From contig OY969811.1 of the NCBI GenBank assembly GCA_963703315.1, forward strand, positions 256,001 to 320,000: a DNA stretch of 64,000 bases. The letters are read 5' to 3'. This DNA comes from an uncultured cyanobacterium. Lineage in GTDB: Bacteria; Cyanobacteriota; Cyanobacteriia; Pseudanabaenales; Pseudanabaenaceae. The translations under genes and the position numbers were made by a program. This document shows positions 40,448 to 50,989 of this stretch, in pieces. Each line of letters begins with the position of its first letter. Position 1 is the stretch's first letter. Under the pieces are notes generated by a model. That model saw only the letters and a list, made by a program, of their open reading frames with translations. It searched no databases and was not told the DNA's origin.

Positions 40448-42196
40448 TTAGTAATGATTACCAACTTTGCGGTGGTGGGCGGCGGTAAGAGCTTCAGGCT
40501 TAGAAACTCGACCTTCTTCAGCGATCGCATAGATAACCCAATGATCATTACATTCCATCCGACTGATCACTTCACATTCCATAAAGGCAAGGGCATCAGT
40601 GAGGATGGGCGAACCAAAAGAGGATAGCTGCGTTTTCACCCCTTCAAAGCGATCAGCCCCAGGAGCAAATCGTTTCAGGAAATGCTGCATTAGTTTGGAG
40701 TAGTTACCATCTTCGAGAACGTTCAGAACAAAGCGATCGCCTACTTGCATAAATGATTCGATCGCCCGATCCTTTGCCACTGCCACTGTAAAACCGAGGG
40801 GTTTAAAACTTGCCTGAGCAACCCAAGAGGCTAACATCGCACTACGTGCGCCGCCCTTAGCCGCCGAAATGATATACAGCCCACCTGCTAAGCGTCCTAG
40901 AGCTTTATCAAGATCAGCATCGATCGCTTTTAGCTGCTTGATATTTTGCTTACGAGTGAGCAACTGTCCTAAGTCAGTCCCCGCTTCATCACAGGTTTGA
41001 TAGGTAGCTTCGTTAGGGTTTTCACGGACTTTGATGGCAGGGAAGGCGGTGACCACACCTAAATCTTTAAACCGATTATTCAGCAAATCGATTGATGAAT
41101 CTTGATCTCCGTGAGGTTCGTAGAGACCAATCACTTGCTTTTCACTAGCTGCTGCCAAAATTGCACCGATCGCCGTTTCTACATGGGTATTCGATGCTGG
41201 GGGTGTGCAGACGACTAAACCTGATGCATGACCGACGAGTTCGCGCAATTCCTGCAAATCGATCGCCTTAAGATCTGCCATTTCCACAGCCACACCAGTT
41301 TTGGCAATCCCACGGGCGATCGCTTGCGATAGGCGATCGCAATAGCCATAGTCAGACACATAGCAAACTACGACATTGGTTTCGCCCTTAGTTTGTGCTT
41401 GACTCCATTGGCGATAGTTTTCCGTGAGTTCTTTGAGGTTATAACGCAGTAAAGGACCATGACCATTTGCCACGATTTCCGCCTGTGGCAATTCATCCAT
41501 GCGCTTCATCGCCGAAATTACCGAACGCGCATTAGGAGCCATCAAGCACTCGTAATAAAAGCGATAGTCAGGGGTAATTCTTTTTAAATCTTCATCGTAA
41601 ATTGCATCACTGCAATAGTGCATTCCAAAAATATCGCAAGTATACAAAATCGATGTGCCAAGATCGAAAGTCATCATCGTGTCAGGCCAGTGCAGATTTG
41701 GCGCATTCACAAACTGCAAAATATGACCATTACCGAGATCAACCTGATCGCCATTTTTGACAACTTGCTGCTTAAAAGGTCGATTCAATAGCTCAGAGAG
41801 GAACTGGAGCGCTACTTTTGTGGCGACCACAGTGACATTGGGCGCAAGCTCTAAGATTTCACTGACTAAACCGCTATGGTCTGGCTCCGTATGGCTAATT
41901 ACTAAATAATCAATCTGAGAAGGATCGATTTGCTCTTTTAATGTTTGCAAATATAGTTCGCGAAACTTAGCATGGGATGTATCGACTAGAGCTAGTTTTT
42001 CGCCACGAATGATATAGGAGTTATAGGTTGTACCATTTTGCAGACCAAACTCGATATCAAAGCGATCGCGATCCCAATCTAGCGATCGGATGGTCGTTGT
42101 GTCCGCCGCAATTTCCGCAACTTGCACTGTCAGGCGGCGTTCAATCGGCTGTGCCGCAACTTTGCCAATAGAAGGAATCTCAATAGCAGCTACCAC
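40448..42196 (-). CDS. flv3: Class C flavodiiron protein (Flv3-type)
   Basis: Canonical HTEPDH, HWPD, GHGP ligands; flavodoxin and flavin-reductase domains; ends HHRKVGNHY. Flv2 is not excluded. Confidence 0.82.
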   Translation of the reverse strand: MVAAIEIPSIGKVAAQPIERRLTVQVAEIAADTTTIRSLDWDRDRFDIEFGLQNGTTYNSYIIRGEKLALVDTSHAKFRELYLQTLKEQIDPSQIDYLVISHTEPDHSGLVSEILELAPNVTVVATKVALQFLSELLNRPFKQQVVKNGDQVDLGNGHILQFVNAPNLHWPDTMMTFDLGTSILYTCDIFGMHYCSDAIYDEDLKRITPDYRFYYECLMAPNARSVISAMKRMDELPQAEIVANGHGPLLRYNLKELTENYRQWSQAQTKGETNVVVCYVSDYGYCDRLSQAIARGIAKTGVAVEMADLKAIDLQELRELVGHASGLVVCTPPASNTHVETAIGAILAAASEKQVIGLYEPHGDQDSSIDLLNNRFKDLGVVTAFPAIKVRENPNEATYQTCDEAGTDLGQLLTRKQNIKQLKAIDADLDKALGRLAGGLYIISAAKGGARSAMLASWVAQASFKPLGFTVAVAKDRAIESFMQVGDRFVLNVLEDGNYSKLMQHFLKRFAPGADRFEGVKTQLSSFGSPILTDALAFMECEVISRMECNDHWVIYAIAEEGRVSKPEALTAAHHRKVGNHY

Positions 42197-42359
42197 GATC
42201 TTGTCTCCCTATTTGATTTTCAACTATCCCCAGTCTAATGCTTACTTTTCGACAAGTCCAATTGAATGTACTAATTGATACTATAAGTAACTGACCAAAA
42301 AACTAAAAATCAGAGAGCAGCGTGAAGCGATGCTCTCTCAATAAATTTAATCTGCCACT

Positions 42360-42854
42360 ATGCCAGACCTCTATGTTTCGTGGGAAGAATATCATGCCAA
42401 TATCGAGCAATTGGCAGCCCAAATCTATCAGTCACAATGGGAGTTTGACCAAATTCTCTGTCTTGCTAGGGGGGGGTTACGCATTGGTGACATCCTTTCT
42501 CGGATTTATGACAAACCCCTTGCGATTCTGGCGGCATCTTCCTACGGCGGCAAAGATTTTCAGGAGCGCGGCAACTTAACGATCGCCCATAGCATGACGA
42601 TGACTACTGCTACCCTCGGTAAACGGATTCTGCTGGTTGATGATCTAGTAGATTCGGGTGAAACTCTTGCCCATATCCTCCAATGGCTCAAACAACATCC
42701 TGAATTTGCGATTACCGAAGTGCGATCGGCAGTTTTATGGTTTAAAGCTTGTTCTGTTGCCAAACCTGATTATTACGTGCAATTTCTAGCCGATAATCCT
42801 TGGATTCATCAACCTTTCGAGAAGTATGAAAAAATGCATCCTAGTGAACTATAG
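42360..42854 (+). CDS. Type I phosphoribosyltransferase (xanthine/hypoxanthine-guanine PRT-like)
   Basis: LARGG, LLVDDLVDSG.T, WI.QPFE. Confidence 0.87.
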   Translation: MPDLYVSWEEYHANIEQLAAQIYQSQWEFDQILCLARGGLRIGDILSRIYDKPLAILAASSYGGKDFQERGNLTIAHSMTMTTATLGKRILLVDDLVDSGETLAHILQWLKQHPEFAITEVRSAVLWFKACSVAKPDYYVQFLADNPWIHQPFEKYEKMHPSEL

Positions 42855-43016
42855 CTGTCGCCACTCTTAAACCAGAATAGTGTGAGGCGGCGCAACGCGC
42901 CGCCTCACACTATTCTGGTTTTAAAAGTACAAAAGCTCGTCACACTTTTGTGAATTGGTATGACTACAGATTAAGATTGGAAAATTCTTTGAAGATTAAC
43001 TTTAACAATTAAGCAC

Positions 43017-43538
43017 ATGGACTTTAAAAGTATTATTCGTGATATTCCCGACTTTCCGCAGCAGGGCATCATTTTTCGAGATATTACGCCTCTATTAGCG
43101 CATTCTCAGGGGCTAACCGAAATTACGCAAAGGTTTAAAGCAAGATTTGAAGAACTGAATGTTGGCGCGATCGATGCCATCATTGGCATTGAATCACGCG
43201 GATTTATTTTGGGCGCACCCCTTGCTGCATTTTTAGGGGCGAGCTTTATCCCAGTCCGCAAACCCAAAAAATTGCCGTCAGATGTGTTTCGAGTAGAGTA
43301 TGCGCTGGAATATGGAACCGACACTTTAGAAATCCATCAAGATGCGATCGCCGCAGGTCAAAGGGTGATCATTATCGATGATGTAATTGCTACGGGTGGG
43401 ACTGCGGCGGCTACCGCAAAACTAGTGGAGCAAACTGGAGCAGAACTAGCGGGCTATGGTTTTTTAATTGAGCTAGATTTTCTCAAGGGTAGACAAGCAC
43501 TACCAGAAGTTCCAATTGTTTCGTTGGTGCATTATTAA
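43017..43538 (+). CDS. apt: Adenine phosphoribosyltransferase
   Basis: [40 protein letters not shown]. Confidence 0.96.
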   Translation: MDFKSIIRDIPDFPQQGIIFRDITPLLAHSQGLTEITQRFKARFEELNVGAIDAIIGIESRGFILGAPLAAFLGASFIPVRKPKKLPSDVFRVEYALEYGTDTLEIHQDAIAAGQRVIIIDDVIATGGTAAATAKLVEQTGAELAGYGFLIELDFLKGRQALPEVPIVSLVHY

Positions 43539-43563
43539 CTCATCTTACGCAGAGTAAAGATTT

Positions 43564-43616
43564 GCCCTCACCCCCAGCCCCCTCTCCCGCAATGCGAGGG
43601 GCTATGGGGTGAGGGC
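43564..43616. repeat. CCCTCACCCC...GGGGTGAGGG REP-like palindrome, intergenic copy
   Basis: gccctcacccccagccccctctccc...gaggggctatggggtgagggc; same family as 63887-64000. Confidence 0.8.
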
Positions 43617-43786
43617 TTTATAAAACTTCTCTTAGTACAGGACAAATTGCGCGAAAAATTTAAGGAGAAAGTGCGATCGCTTTACAAAAAGTATCACCAA
43701 TAAAAAGAGAGTGGCAGCGCAATGCGCCGCCACTCTCTCATAACAAAGAAGCGATCGCCAATTGGCGATCGCTTCTTTGTTTGATA

Positions 43787-44092
43787 CTACCAGCTAGATT
43801 TAACTACACCGGGTAACAAACCTTGGTGAGCGAGATCTCTTAAAACGTTACGGCATAAGCCAAAATCTTTGTAATAGCCACGAGGACGACCAGTTAACCA
43901 GCAACGGTTGCGGTGACGGGTAGGGTTAGCATTACGAGGAATTTGTTGAATTTCGCGATGAATCGCGACTTTTTGTTGTTGTGTCAGTTCAGGACTGGCA
44001 AACTTTTCTTTAAGTGCTTCGAGTTTAGCTGCATACTTTTCAGCTAATTTAGCGCGTTTTTTTTCGCGCTCGATCATGCTTTTCTTAGCCAT
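43787..44092 (-). CDS. rpsN: 30S ribosomal protein S14
   Basis: [13 protein letters not shown]...[12 protein letters not shown]...[11 protein letters not shown]. Confidence 0.97.
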   Translation of the reverse strand: MAKKSMIEREKKRAKLAEKYAAKLEALKEKFASPELTQQQKVAIHREIQQIPRNANPTRHRNRCWLTGRPRGYYKDFGLCRNVLRDLAHQGLLPGVVKSSW

Positions 44093-44256
44093 TGCGGTTC
44101 TATCAGGTGATGTAGAGGTAAAAGTCTAAAAATTTAATACAATTCGCGACAGTTACCGATCATAACCTAAATAGTCAATTTATAGAGCATGATTTTTCAT
44201 TTCGCAAGTTTTTAAGCCAAGCGATCGACCTGATTAGACGAGACTGGATGCAAGAT

Positions 44257-44368
44257 ATAGCTGTAGTCAGTTATATTAGGACAAAACTAAAACCCAAAAG
44301 AGAGTTGCGGCGCGAAGCGCCGCAACTCTCTTTTGGGTTTTTATATTTAATTGCGCCCAGCTACTTAA
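44257..44368. repeat. Composite element: TATAGC...TTAGGACA left module, 25-bp-arm GC-GAA-GC hairpin, TTTAATTGCGCCCAGCTACTTA right module
   Basis: Hairpin nearly identical to 2460-2512; left module shared with 9072-9110; right module shared with 59111-59216. Confidence 0.75.
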
Positions 44369-44446
44369 GTAAAGCGTCCAAATGCACTAGTTTTTTACGA
44401 TAATTTGAGATTAGTATAATAAGTCAAAACAACAGTTATAAAAGCT

Positions 44447-44728
44447 ATGACTCATCAAACTGGTATTTTGGTTAGCGTGTCAGCAGATGGCAAATTGGAG
44501 ATCCCGCCAGAGTTACAGTCACAAATGGAGCCATTATCTAGATATGAAGTTCTTGTGACGAATAACGAGATCATTTTCAAAAGAGTATCTCAATCTTTAT
44601 CATGGGATGATTTATCGCAACGTATTGAAGCCGCAGGGATTGATCCAGAAGAGCCATCACTTCAAGAAATCAGTGACATCGTAAAAGATGTAAGAAAATC
44701 TCGCAGAGCTAGAAATGAATGCGCCTAG
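44447..44728 (+). CDS. AbrB/SpoVT-like antitoxin
   Basis: VSADGKLEIPPEL...YEV....EIIFKR; overlaps the downstream PIN gene. Confidence 0.7.
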   Translation: MTHQTGILVSVSADGKLEIPPELQSQMEPLSRYEVLVTNNEIIFKRVSQSLSWDDLSQRIEAAGIDPEEPSLQEISDIVKDVRKSRRARNECA

Positions 44729-45141
44729 TTTTGGATGTTAATGTTTGGATCTCTGGATTGCTATGGGGTGGCAGTCCAAGACAAATTGTAAATTTGGCAA
44801 AAGCGGGACAAATAACAATCTTTGTCTCAGAGCCAATTTTGAGTGAGATAGCAGAAGTTTTAGATCGGGCAAAATTTCAGGCAAGAATGCGATCGCTAGA
44901 CATCACAACTGGTGATTTACTAAATATAGTGCATCAACTTTCAAAAAATTGTGTCCCCCTTTCAGTCAATGTCCCTCAATTGCGAGATCCTGATGATGCA
45001 ATGATTTTAGGAACAGCGATCGCCGCAAAAGCTATATTGATTGTTTCAGGGGATCTCGATCTATTAGTACTTAAAGAATTTGCAAATATTCCGATTCTGA
45101 CTCCAACCGATTTTTTGAATCAGCATCAGATGAATATTTAG
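44719..45141 (+). CDS. PIN-domain (VapC-like) toxin
   Basis: VLDVNVWISGLL, RDPDD..IL..A, IVSGDLDLL. Confidence 0.9.
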   Translation: MRLVLDVNVWISGLLWGGSPRQIVNLAKAGQITIFVSEPILSEIAEVLDRAKFQARMRSLDITTGDLLNIVHQLSKNCVPLSVNVPQLRDPDDAMILGTAIAAKAILIVSGDLDLLVLKEFANIPILTPTDFLNQHQMNI

Positions 45142-45232
45142 AGCGATCGCTTAGTAAGACTGAAAAGGACGATATATGGCAATATAGGGGTTAACGACCA
45201 TCAGCCTAAAATCATTGACTACAATCTAACTT

Positions 45233-47689
45233 GTGTCGCTTGATATAAACCGTTTACAACAAGCCTTGAGTGTCGAGGCAGAGCGAGGCTTTTCCAATTT
45301 GCAGGGAAAGCAATTTTTGTTTGCGGATTTTTTAAATGTGAGCTTGCGGGAAGAGTTGCCTGAAGATTGGGAAATGAGCGATCGCCTTCAAGCCCAAACC
45401 CTTGCTAATCAATATGCTCAATATCGTGATTTATCCCTATCGCGCCGACAACATTTAGTCGCGGAGACGCGCCGACTGCTTTATGAAGTGCGTCGTCGGG
45501 AGATTGCGGAAACTGCTGCCGCACCTAAGCCCAAGAAACCGAAAACTGAGGCGATCGCCGCAACGCAACCCAAAACTACCAAGAAAATAACTCCTGATAC
45601 CGAATTAAAGGATCTCGAAGGGGTCGGTTCTTTCATGGCGCAAAGGTTTAAACTACTTGACCTCTATACAGTGCGCGATGTTCTTAGTTACTATCCTCGC
45701 GATCATATTGACTATGCGCGTCAGATTCCGATTCGTGATTTGAAGGATGGCGATACGGTGACGGTGATTGGCACGATTAAAAAGTTTGGCTGCTTCACTA
45801 GTCCCAAAAATCCCAATCTCACGATAGTGGAAATTATTCTGCGTGACTATACGGGGCAGATTAAACTGAGCCGCTTCTGGACAGGGAAACGCTATTCCAA
45901 TCGGGGTTGGCAAGAATCTCAGAAAAAGCTCTATCCTCAAGGTTGCACGATCGCCGCTTCAGGGGTGGTCAAACAGAGCAAATATGGTCTGACTTTAGAG
46001 AATTATGAAGTAGAAGTTCTGGAGCATACTCAAGATACAATTCAATCGAAAACTGTAGGGCGGGTTGTGCCAGTCTATCCCTTGACTGAAGGCGTTACTC
46101 CCGAAGCAATTCGTCGTTTGGTGGCGCAATGTCTACCCGCAGTGTCCCAAATTCGCGATCCCATGCCCGATCGCTTTTTGCATGATTACAAAATGATGCC
46201 CTTAGCACAGGCGATCGCCCAAGTGCATTATCCCGATACCAGCGAAACTTTAGAGCAATCAGTAATTCGGCTGACCTTTGATAAATATTTCTATCGGCGT
46301 TTGGTTTCCCTTTATCGGCGGCAACAGCAAAAAGCGATTCAGTTTGTGCCGCAAAGTCAAGCGATCGCCCAACTAGAAAAGATTCTTCCCTTTGAATTAA
46401 CCAATGCTCAAAAACGGGTGGTTGCTGAAATTCGGGCTGACCTACAAGGGCAAACACCGATGAACCGATTGGTGCAAGGCGATGTTGGCTCAGGCAAAAC
46501 GATTGTGGCGGTATATGCTCTGTTAACGGCGATCGAGGCGGGCTATCAAACAGCACTGATGGCTCCGACGGAAGTTCTCACAGAGCAGCATTATCGCAAA
46601 ATTGTGGAATGGTTTATGCAGCTAAATTTGCCAGTGGAAATCTTGACTGGTTCTACGAAAACTGCAAAACGCCGCGAAATTTTACGACAATTAGAAACAG
46701 GTGAACTACCCCTAGTAATTGGAACCCATGCCTTAATTCAAGATGGAGTCAACTTCGCAAGATTAGGACTAGCGGTAATCGATGAGCAGCATCGTTTTGG
46801 CAGAGATCAGCGATCGCGACTTTTGCAAAAAGGCAATGACCCTCATGTGCTGATCATGACTGCTACGCCAATTCCACGCACGCTCTATCTCACTAATTCC
46901 GAAATTGAAGTTAGCATTATTGATGAACTTCCCCCTGGACGTAAACCAATTCAAACTGTTCTGCTCAAGCCTTCTCAACGCAAAGATGCTTTCGATTTAA
47001 TTCGCCGTGAAATTGCCCAAAATCGTCAAGCATATATCGTTTTTCCTTTGGTAGAAGAATCGGAGAAAATGGAAGATATCAAAGCCGCCACCCAAGAGCG
47101 TGAACATTTGCAAAATGTAGTATTCCCTAACTTCCAAATTGGTTTACTCCATGGTCAAATGTCTTCCGCCGAAAAAGATGAAGCAATTAATACTTTCCGT
47201 AGAGGCGAAACCCAAATTCTGGTCGCAACAACAGTCATCGAAGTTGGTGTGGATATTCCCAATGCCTCAGTGATGCTGATTGAACACGCCGATCGCTTTG
47301 GGCTAGCACAGCTTCACCAATTACGGGGTAGAGTTGGACGTGGTGCATCCCAGTCCTATTGTCTCTTATTAAGTAGTTCCAAGTCACAAACTTCTCAAGA
47401 GCGATTACAGGTTCTCGAACAGTCACAGGATGGATTTTTTATTGCAGAACGCGACTTCCAAATGCGCGGGAAGGGAAAAGATGAAGGCACGGAACAGTCT
47501 GGTCATGCAGGTTTCTCGATCGAAGATCGTCTGCCCGATGAAGCGGCTCGTCAAGAGATCTTCCAAATTGCCCGTGAAGCTGCGGAACGGATTATCAAGA
47601 AAGATCCAACTTTGGAGCATTTTCCTGCTTTAAAAGCTGAATTTGAAATGCATTATCAACGCTTACAAGGTGGCGCTATTTTTACTTAA
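45233..47689 (+). CDS. recG: ATP-dependent DNA helicase RecG
   Basis: Wedge/OB domain, QGDVGSGKT, DEQH, TATPIPRT, QLHQLRGRVGRG. Confidence 0.93.
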   Translation: MSLDINRLQQALSVEAERGFSNLQGKQFLFADFLNVSLREELPEDWEMSDRLQAQTLANQYAQYRDLSLSRRQHLVAETRRLLYEVRRREIAETAAAPKPKKPKTEAIAATQPKTTKKITPDTELKDLEGVGSFMAQRFKLLDLYTVRDVLSYYPRDHIDYARQIPIRDLKDGDTVTVIGTIKKFGCFTSPKNPNLTIVEIILRDYTGQIKLSRFWTGKRYSNRGWQESQKKLYPQGCTIAASGVVKQSKYGLTLENYEVEVLEHTQDTIQSKTVGRVVPVYPLTEGVTPEAIRRLVAQCLPAVSQIRDPMPDRFLHDYKMMPLAQAIAQVHYPDTSETLEQSVIRLTFDKYFYRRLVSLYRRQQQKAIQFVPQSQAIAQLEKILPFELTNAQKRVVAEIRADLQGQTPMNRLVQGDVGSGKTIVAVYALLTAIEAGYQTALMAPTEVLTEQHYRKIVEWFMQLNLPVEILTGSTKTAKRREILRQLETGELPLVIGTHALIQDGVNFARLGLAVIDEQHRFGRDQRSRLLQKGNDPHVLIMTATPIPRTLYLTNSEIEVSIIDELPPGRKPIQTVLLKPSQRKDAFDLIRREIAQNRQAYIVFPLVEESEKMEDIKAATQEREHLQNVVFPNFQIGLLHGQMSSAEKDEAINTFRRGETQILVATTVIEVGVDIPNASVMLIEHADRFGLAQLHQLRGRVGRGASQSYCLLLSSSKSQTSQERLQVLEQSQDGFFIAERDFQMRGKGKDEGTEQSGHAGFSIEDRLPDEAARQEIFQIAREAAERIIKKDPTLEHFPALKAEFEMHYQRLQGGAIFT

Positions 47690-47755
47690 ATTGTGATAAC
47701 AAATGCTCAAAAATTTTATTGATCTTTATGATCCGTAGTGGCTCTAATGCGATCG

Positions 47756-49729
47756 CTATTTTCTACTCATATCCACCAATTTCGACAACGCATTTTTAAA
47801 GTCATCGTCTTCTAATTCTACGATTTCATACTGAGCTTCGGAAGGGAAGAAATTACCGAGTGCTTTTTGCAAGGTGGGATCTACGGTCATCACTGGCATA
47901 AATTGCTCACCGATCGCTACTCTTAGCATTTCGCTGTTGTGATAGAAGTATTCTTGCAGTAGGGGAATGATGCGGTGATACCAAGTAAATCGCAGGTCTT
48001 CGAGTGTTTCAACATTCATGAAGTAGCTATGCCCAATTTGGTAATCGCGTCCGATGAGGAGGGTAATGCGTTTGTTGAGTTGGATGAGCAGTTGATCTAG
48101 TTTGATGCCATCAATAATTTTCTCTTTAAGCAGTTCGGGGGCGGGTTTGAGTTCGATAAAGGTAAATCGGCGGCGGAGGGCAATGTCTAATAGGGCGATC
48201 GAGCGATCGCTTGTGTTCATTGTTCCTAATATATAGAGATTTTTCGGTACGCCAAATTCTTCTTGGGAGTAAGGCAAGGTAACTTTTAATTCGTTACGCG
48301 CTCCAATCCTTTTGTCATCTTCAATCAGGGTAATCAATTCACCAAAAACTTTAGCAATATTTGCTCTGTTGATTTCGTCAATGATAATTAAATATTTATT
48401 ATCAGGATCTAATTCTGCCTGTCTACAGATTTGTTTAAACACACCATCAACTACTTTGTAACTAACTTCATTTAATTCATTAGTTAAGGGTTTAATTCCT
48501 TCTACAAATTCTTCATAAGCAAAGGATTGGTGAAAGGTAACAAACTTTAGATATTTTGATATATCTGCAACAATTCCTGTAGATTCCTTGAGGTTTTGGA
48601 GTTGTTCAGACAAATTTTCTTCGATATACTCTCTACCCAAATCAGTTAAAAACCAATCTCCATTTTTTGTCTTCTCAAATAAATATGGAGGTTGCCTTTT
48701 TGAAATTCCATACTTTACTGTCTCAACAGAAACGTCTGTATGTATTTGCAGCATTGCATGAATCATATTACTCAATTTCTGAGTCTTAGTTGTCTTCCAA
48801 AAAGCATTAACTAAATCATCTTTAACAAGTTCAGTAACTTTGAATAATTTATCTTTTTTATAATTGACATACATTGCAAATGCGATCGCTTCATGCCACG
48901 TCAAACCTTTGACTGCATCTTGTCTTCGTTGCTCTGGAGTTATGGGAGATTGTAATTGTTTGGACAAAAATAATTTTGCAAATTGACTTACCGTATGGGT
49001 TTTGCCCGTACCAGGTGAACCGTAAAGAATTAGGTTTTTGCATTTTTGGAAATAATCAGTCAAATCATATTTATGTGTCATATCCGTATTATGATTGTCA
49101 AAATTTTTTTGATCACTTACTAATGGTAAAAAACTATATAGAAAGTCAGCAATTTGATGAGTATTCAATTCCTGAAATTCTTGAAAACTCTTTATATGAT
49201 CAAGCAATTTAAGGTTGTTTCTACAAATACTATATCCGTTAAATTTTCCAAAATATTTGAAATATTGTAAATAGCACAATATTATTTCCACCTTAGTTAT
49301 TGGCAGAAAATATTTTGGGAAATATAAATAGAGTAATCGTATTTTTAAACGATGATTTTTATCAAAATATTGGTTCGCAATCGCATCTAAACCATTTCTA
49401 GAATTGCTATTGAATTTATCAATTAAATTAATCAATCCCAACTTGATTTTTTCAAACTTTTCTATTCCTTTGACTTCATCTGAAGAATCTAAATCTTTGA
49501 ATTTAAATGATTGTTCTAAAACTACTGTTTTAGATGTTAGCCAGTAAAGCATTCCATCAGATGGATCTATAAAATCTTTATAAGTGATGTCAAGCAATTT
49601 ATCTGCTGGAAATTTCCTGATAAATTCCTGCCGTAACAATAATATTTTCTGGGATTCTAATTTAGAAGATTCTTGTTTTGTCTCTTTCCATTCCTGAAGT
49701 GCAATCCGCCAATCTTGATTAGAACTCAT
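47756..49729 (-). CDS. mcrB: McrB-family AAA+ GTPase with variable N-terminal domain
   Basis: GSPGTGKT, FHQSFAYEEFVEG, IDEINRAN..KVFGEL, GTMNTSDRSIA..D.ALRRRF, GHSYF, IIPLLQEYF. Confidence 0.9.
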   Translation of the reverse strand: MSSNQDWRIALQEWKETKQESSKLESQKILLLRQEFIRKFPADKLLDITYKDFIDPSDGMLYWLTSKTVVLEQSFKFKDLDSSDEVKGIEKFEKIKLGLINLIDKFNSNSRNGLDAIANQYFDKNHRLKIRLLYLYFPKYFLPITKVEIILCYLQYFKYFGKFNGYSICRNNLKLLDHIKSFQEFQELNTHQIADFLYSFLPLVSDQKNFDNHNTDMTHKYDLTDYFQKCKNLILYGSPGTGKTHTVSQFAKLFLSKQLQSPITPEQRRQDAVKGLTWHEAIAFAMYVNYKKDKLFKVTELVKDDLVNAFWKTTKTQKLSNMIHAMLQIHTDVSVETVKYGISKRQPPYLFEKTKNGDWFLTDLGREYIEENLSEQLQNLKESTGIVADISKYLKFVTFHQSFAYEEFVEGIKPLTNELNEVSYKVVDGVFKQICRQAELDPDNKYLIIIDEINRANIAKVFGELITLIEDDKRIGARNELKVTLPYSQEEFGVPKNLYILGTMNTSDRSIALLDIALRRRFTFIELKPAPELLKEKIIDGIKLDQLLIQLNKRITLLIGRDYQIGHSYFMNVETLEDLRFTWYHRIIPLLQEYFYHNSEMLRVAIGEQFMPVMTVDPTLQKALGNFFPSEAQYEIVELEDDDFKNALSKLVDMSRK

Positions 49730-49804
49730 ACATTTTCTTGATAATATCCAAAATTATTCTTGAGTTTTTTACCAGCTTGCTATATCTAATATTGAGATGC
49801 TTTA

Positions 49805-50167
49805 CTAACTCCAAATCCATTGATTGAGAATTACAAACTGATTCTCTAAGTTATATCCTGACATCTCAAGATTAGCGATCGCCTTAGCAATAGACTGATA
49901 ACTCATATTTTTTGAGGTGTCTGAGTTCTGATAAACAGCTAAAATACCCTCATGAATTAGGTTAACTTGATGTAATTCAAGGAAATCATCGCAATTTCTA
50001 GTCAGTATTACTCGTTTATACTGCCTTGCATAGTCAAATACAGCACTATCTGGCAAACCTCCTAAACCTATTTCATTGACTGTAAACACATCATGCCCCA
50101 CTCCACACAACAAATTCACTAAATATTTCGACTGAGAATCTTCATCAAGCAGCAACTTTAGGCTCAA
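49805..50167 (-). CDS. DUF5615 PIN-like toxin
   Basis: LLLDED...L...GHDV...D..V...A....RVILTRNCDDF. Confidence 0.85.
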   Translation of the reverse strand: MSLKLLLDEDSQSKYLVNLLCGVGHDVFTVNEIGLGGLPDSAVFDYARQYKRVILTRNCDDFLELHQVNLIHEGILAVYQNSDTSKNMSYQSIAKAIANLEMSGYNLENQFVILNQWIWS

Positions 50168-50528
50168 AGGAAACTCCTTTCTCTACTAAATGGTAACGCT
50201 CCTCATCAGCCTCTAACTTCAACAAATCTTGATGACTTTCACAATAGCGAACAACCTCATCAATTGTATCTAAAGGCAAATTCCAATTATCAGCAGCTTC
50301 TTCAACTGACATTTTATTAGCTATCATGTCTTGCCAAATAGTCGAAGCAAGTAGTTTTTGTCCCTTAACATATAACTGTTTTCGCCAAGCATGATTCCGT
50401 TTTGCTAAATATTGCCAATCATCAATCTCAACCTGATTTTGCAACGACTGAACTAGCGCCGCAATAAGATCAAGGCGATCGCCTTTTGACAATTTATAAG
50501 CTTGTTCCTTAAGTTCTTGCAGCAACAT
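50145..50528 (-). CDS. DUF433-like antitoxin
   Basis: WRKQLYVKG.KL.ASTIW..M..N.MS.EEAADNW.LP...I.E...Y; overlaps the DUF5615 gene. Confidence 0.72.
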   Translation of the reverse strand: MLLQELKEQAYKLSKGDRLDLIAALVQSLQNQVEIDDWQYLAKRNHAWRKQLYVKGQKLLASTIWQDMIANKMSVEEAADNWNLPLDTIDEVVRYCESHQDLLKLEADEERYHLVEKGVSFEPKVAA

Positions 50529-50647
50529 GGTGAATGCTCCTAAACAATACCAAATTATATTCTAATGCATATTTAGAGACTGACAAGAACCAATTTAAGG
50601 ATAAAATGCAATGCGCTAATCTGAATGATAACAGCCCTAAATAGTTC

Positions 50648-50989
50648 TTAAATTAACGAATCTTTTTTATAAAAAACAATACCAACCCGATTTATATGAT
50701 CGACTAAATTAAGATTGTCAATATCCTTGAAAATCGATATATCAAAAGAATAAGGCAAAAACAAATCATCAATATCTAACTCAATACTACTTAAATGTGA
50801 ATAACTAAGTTCATCACCAATCAAAGTCAAATCAATATCCGAACCATTGCGGTAATTCCCCTTAGCGCGTGAACCATATAATAATACTTTTTCGATTTTA
50901 GGATATTTTGCAAATACAGAAATAATCTCGTTAATGGTTGATTCCTTTAGACCAAATCGCTTGACAGTTTCATCAGTTTGCATCATCAC
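50648..50989 (-). CDS. Minimal nucleotidyltransferase (MNT/MntA-like)
   Basis: LYGSRAKGNYRNGSDIDL. Confidence 0.9.
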   Translation of the reverse strand: MMMQTDETVKRFGLKESTINEIISVFAKYPKIEKVLLYGSRAKGNYRNGSDIDLTLIGDELSYSHLSSIELDIDDLFLPYSFDISIFKDIDNLNLVDHINRVGIVFYKKDSLI

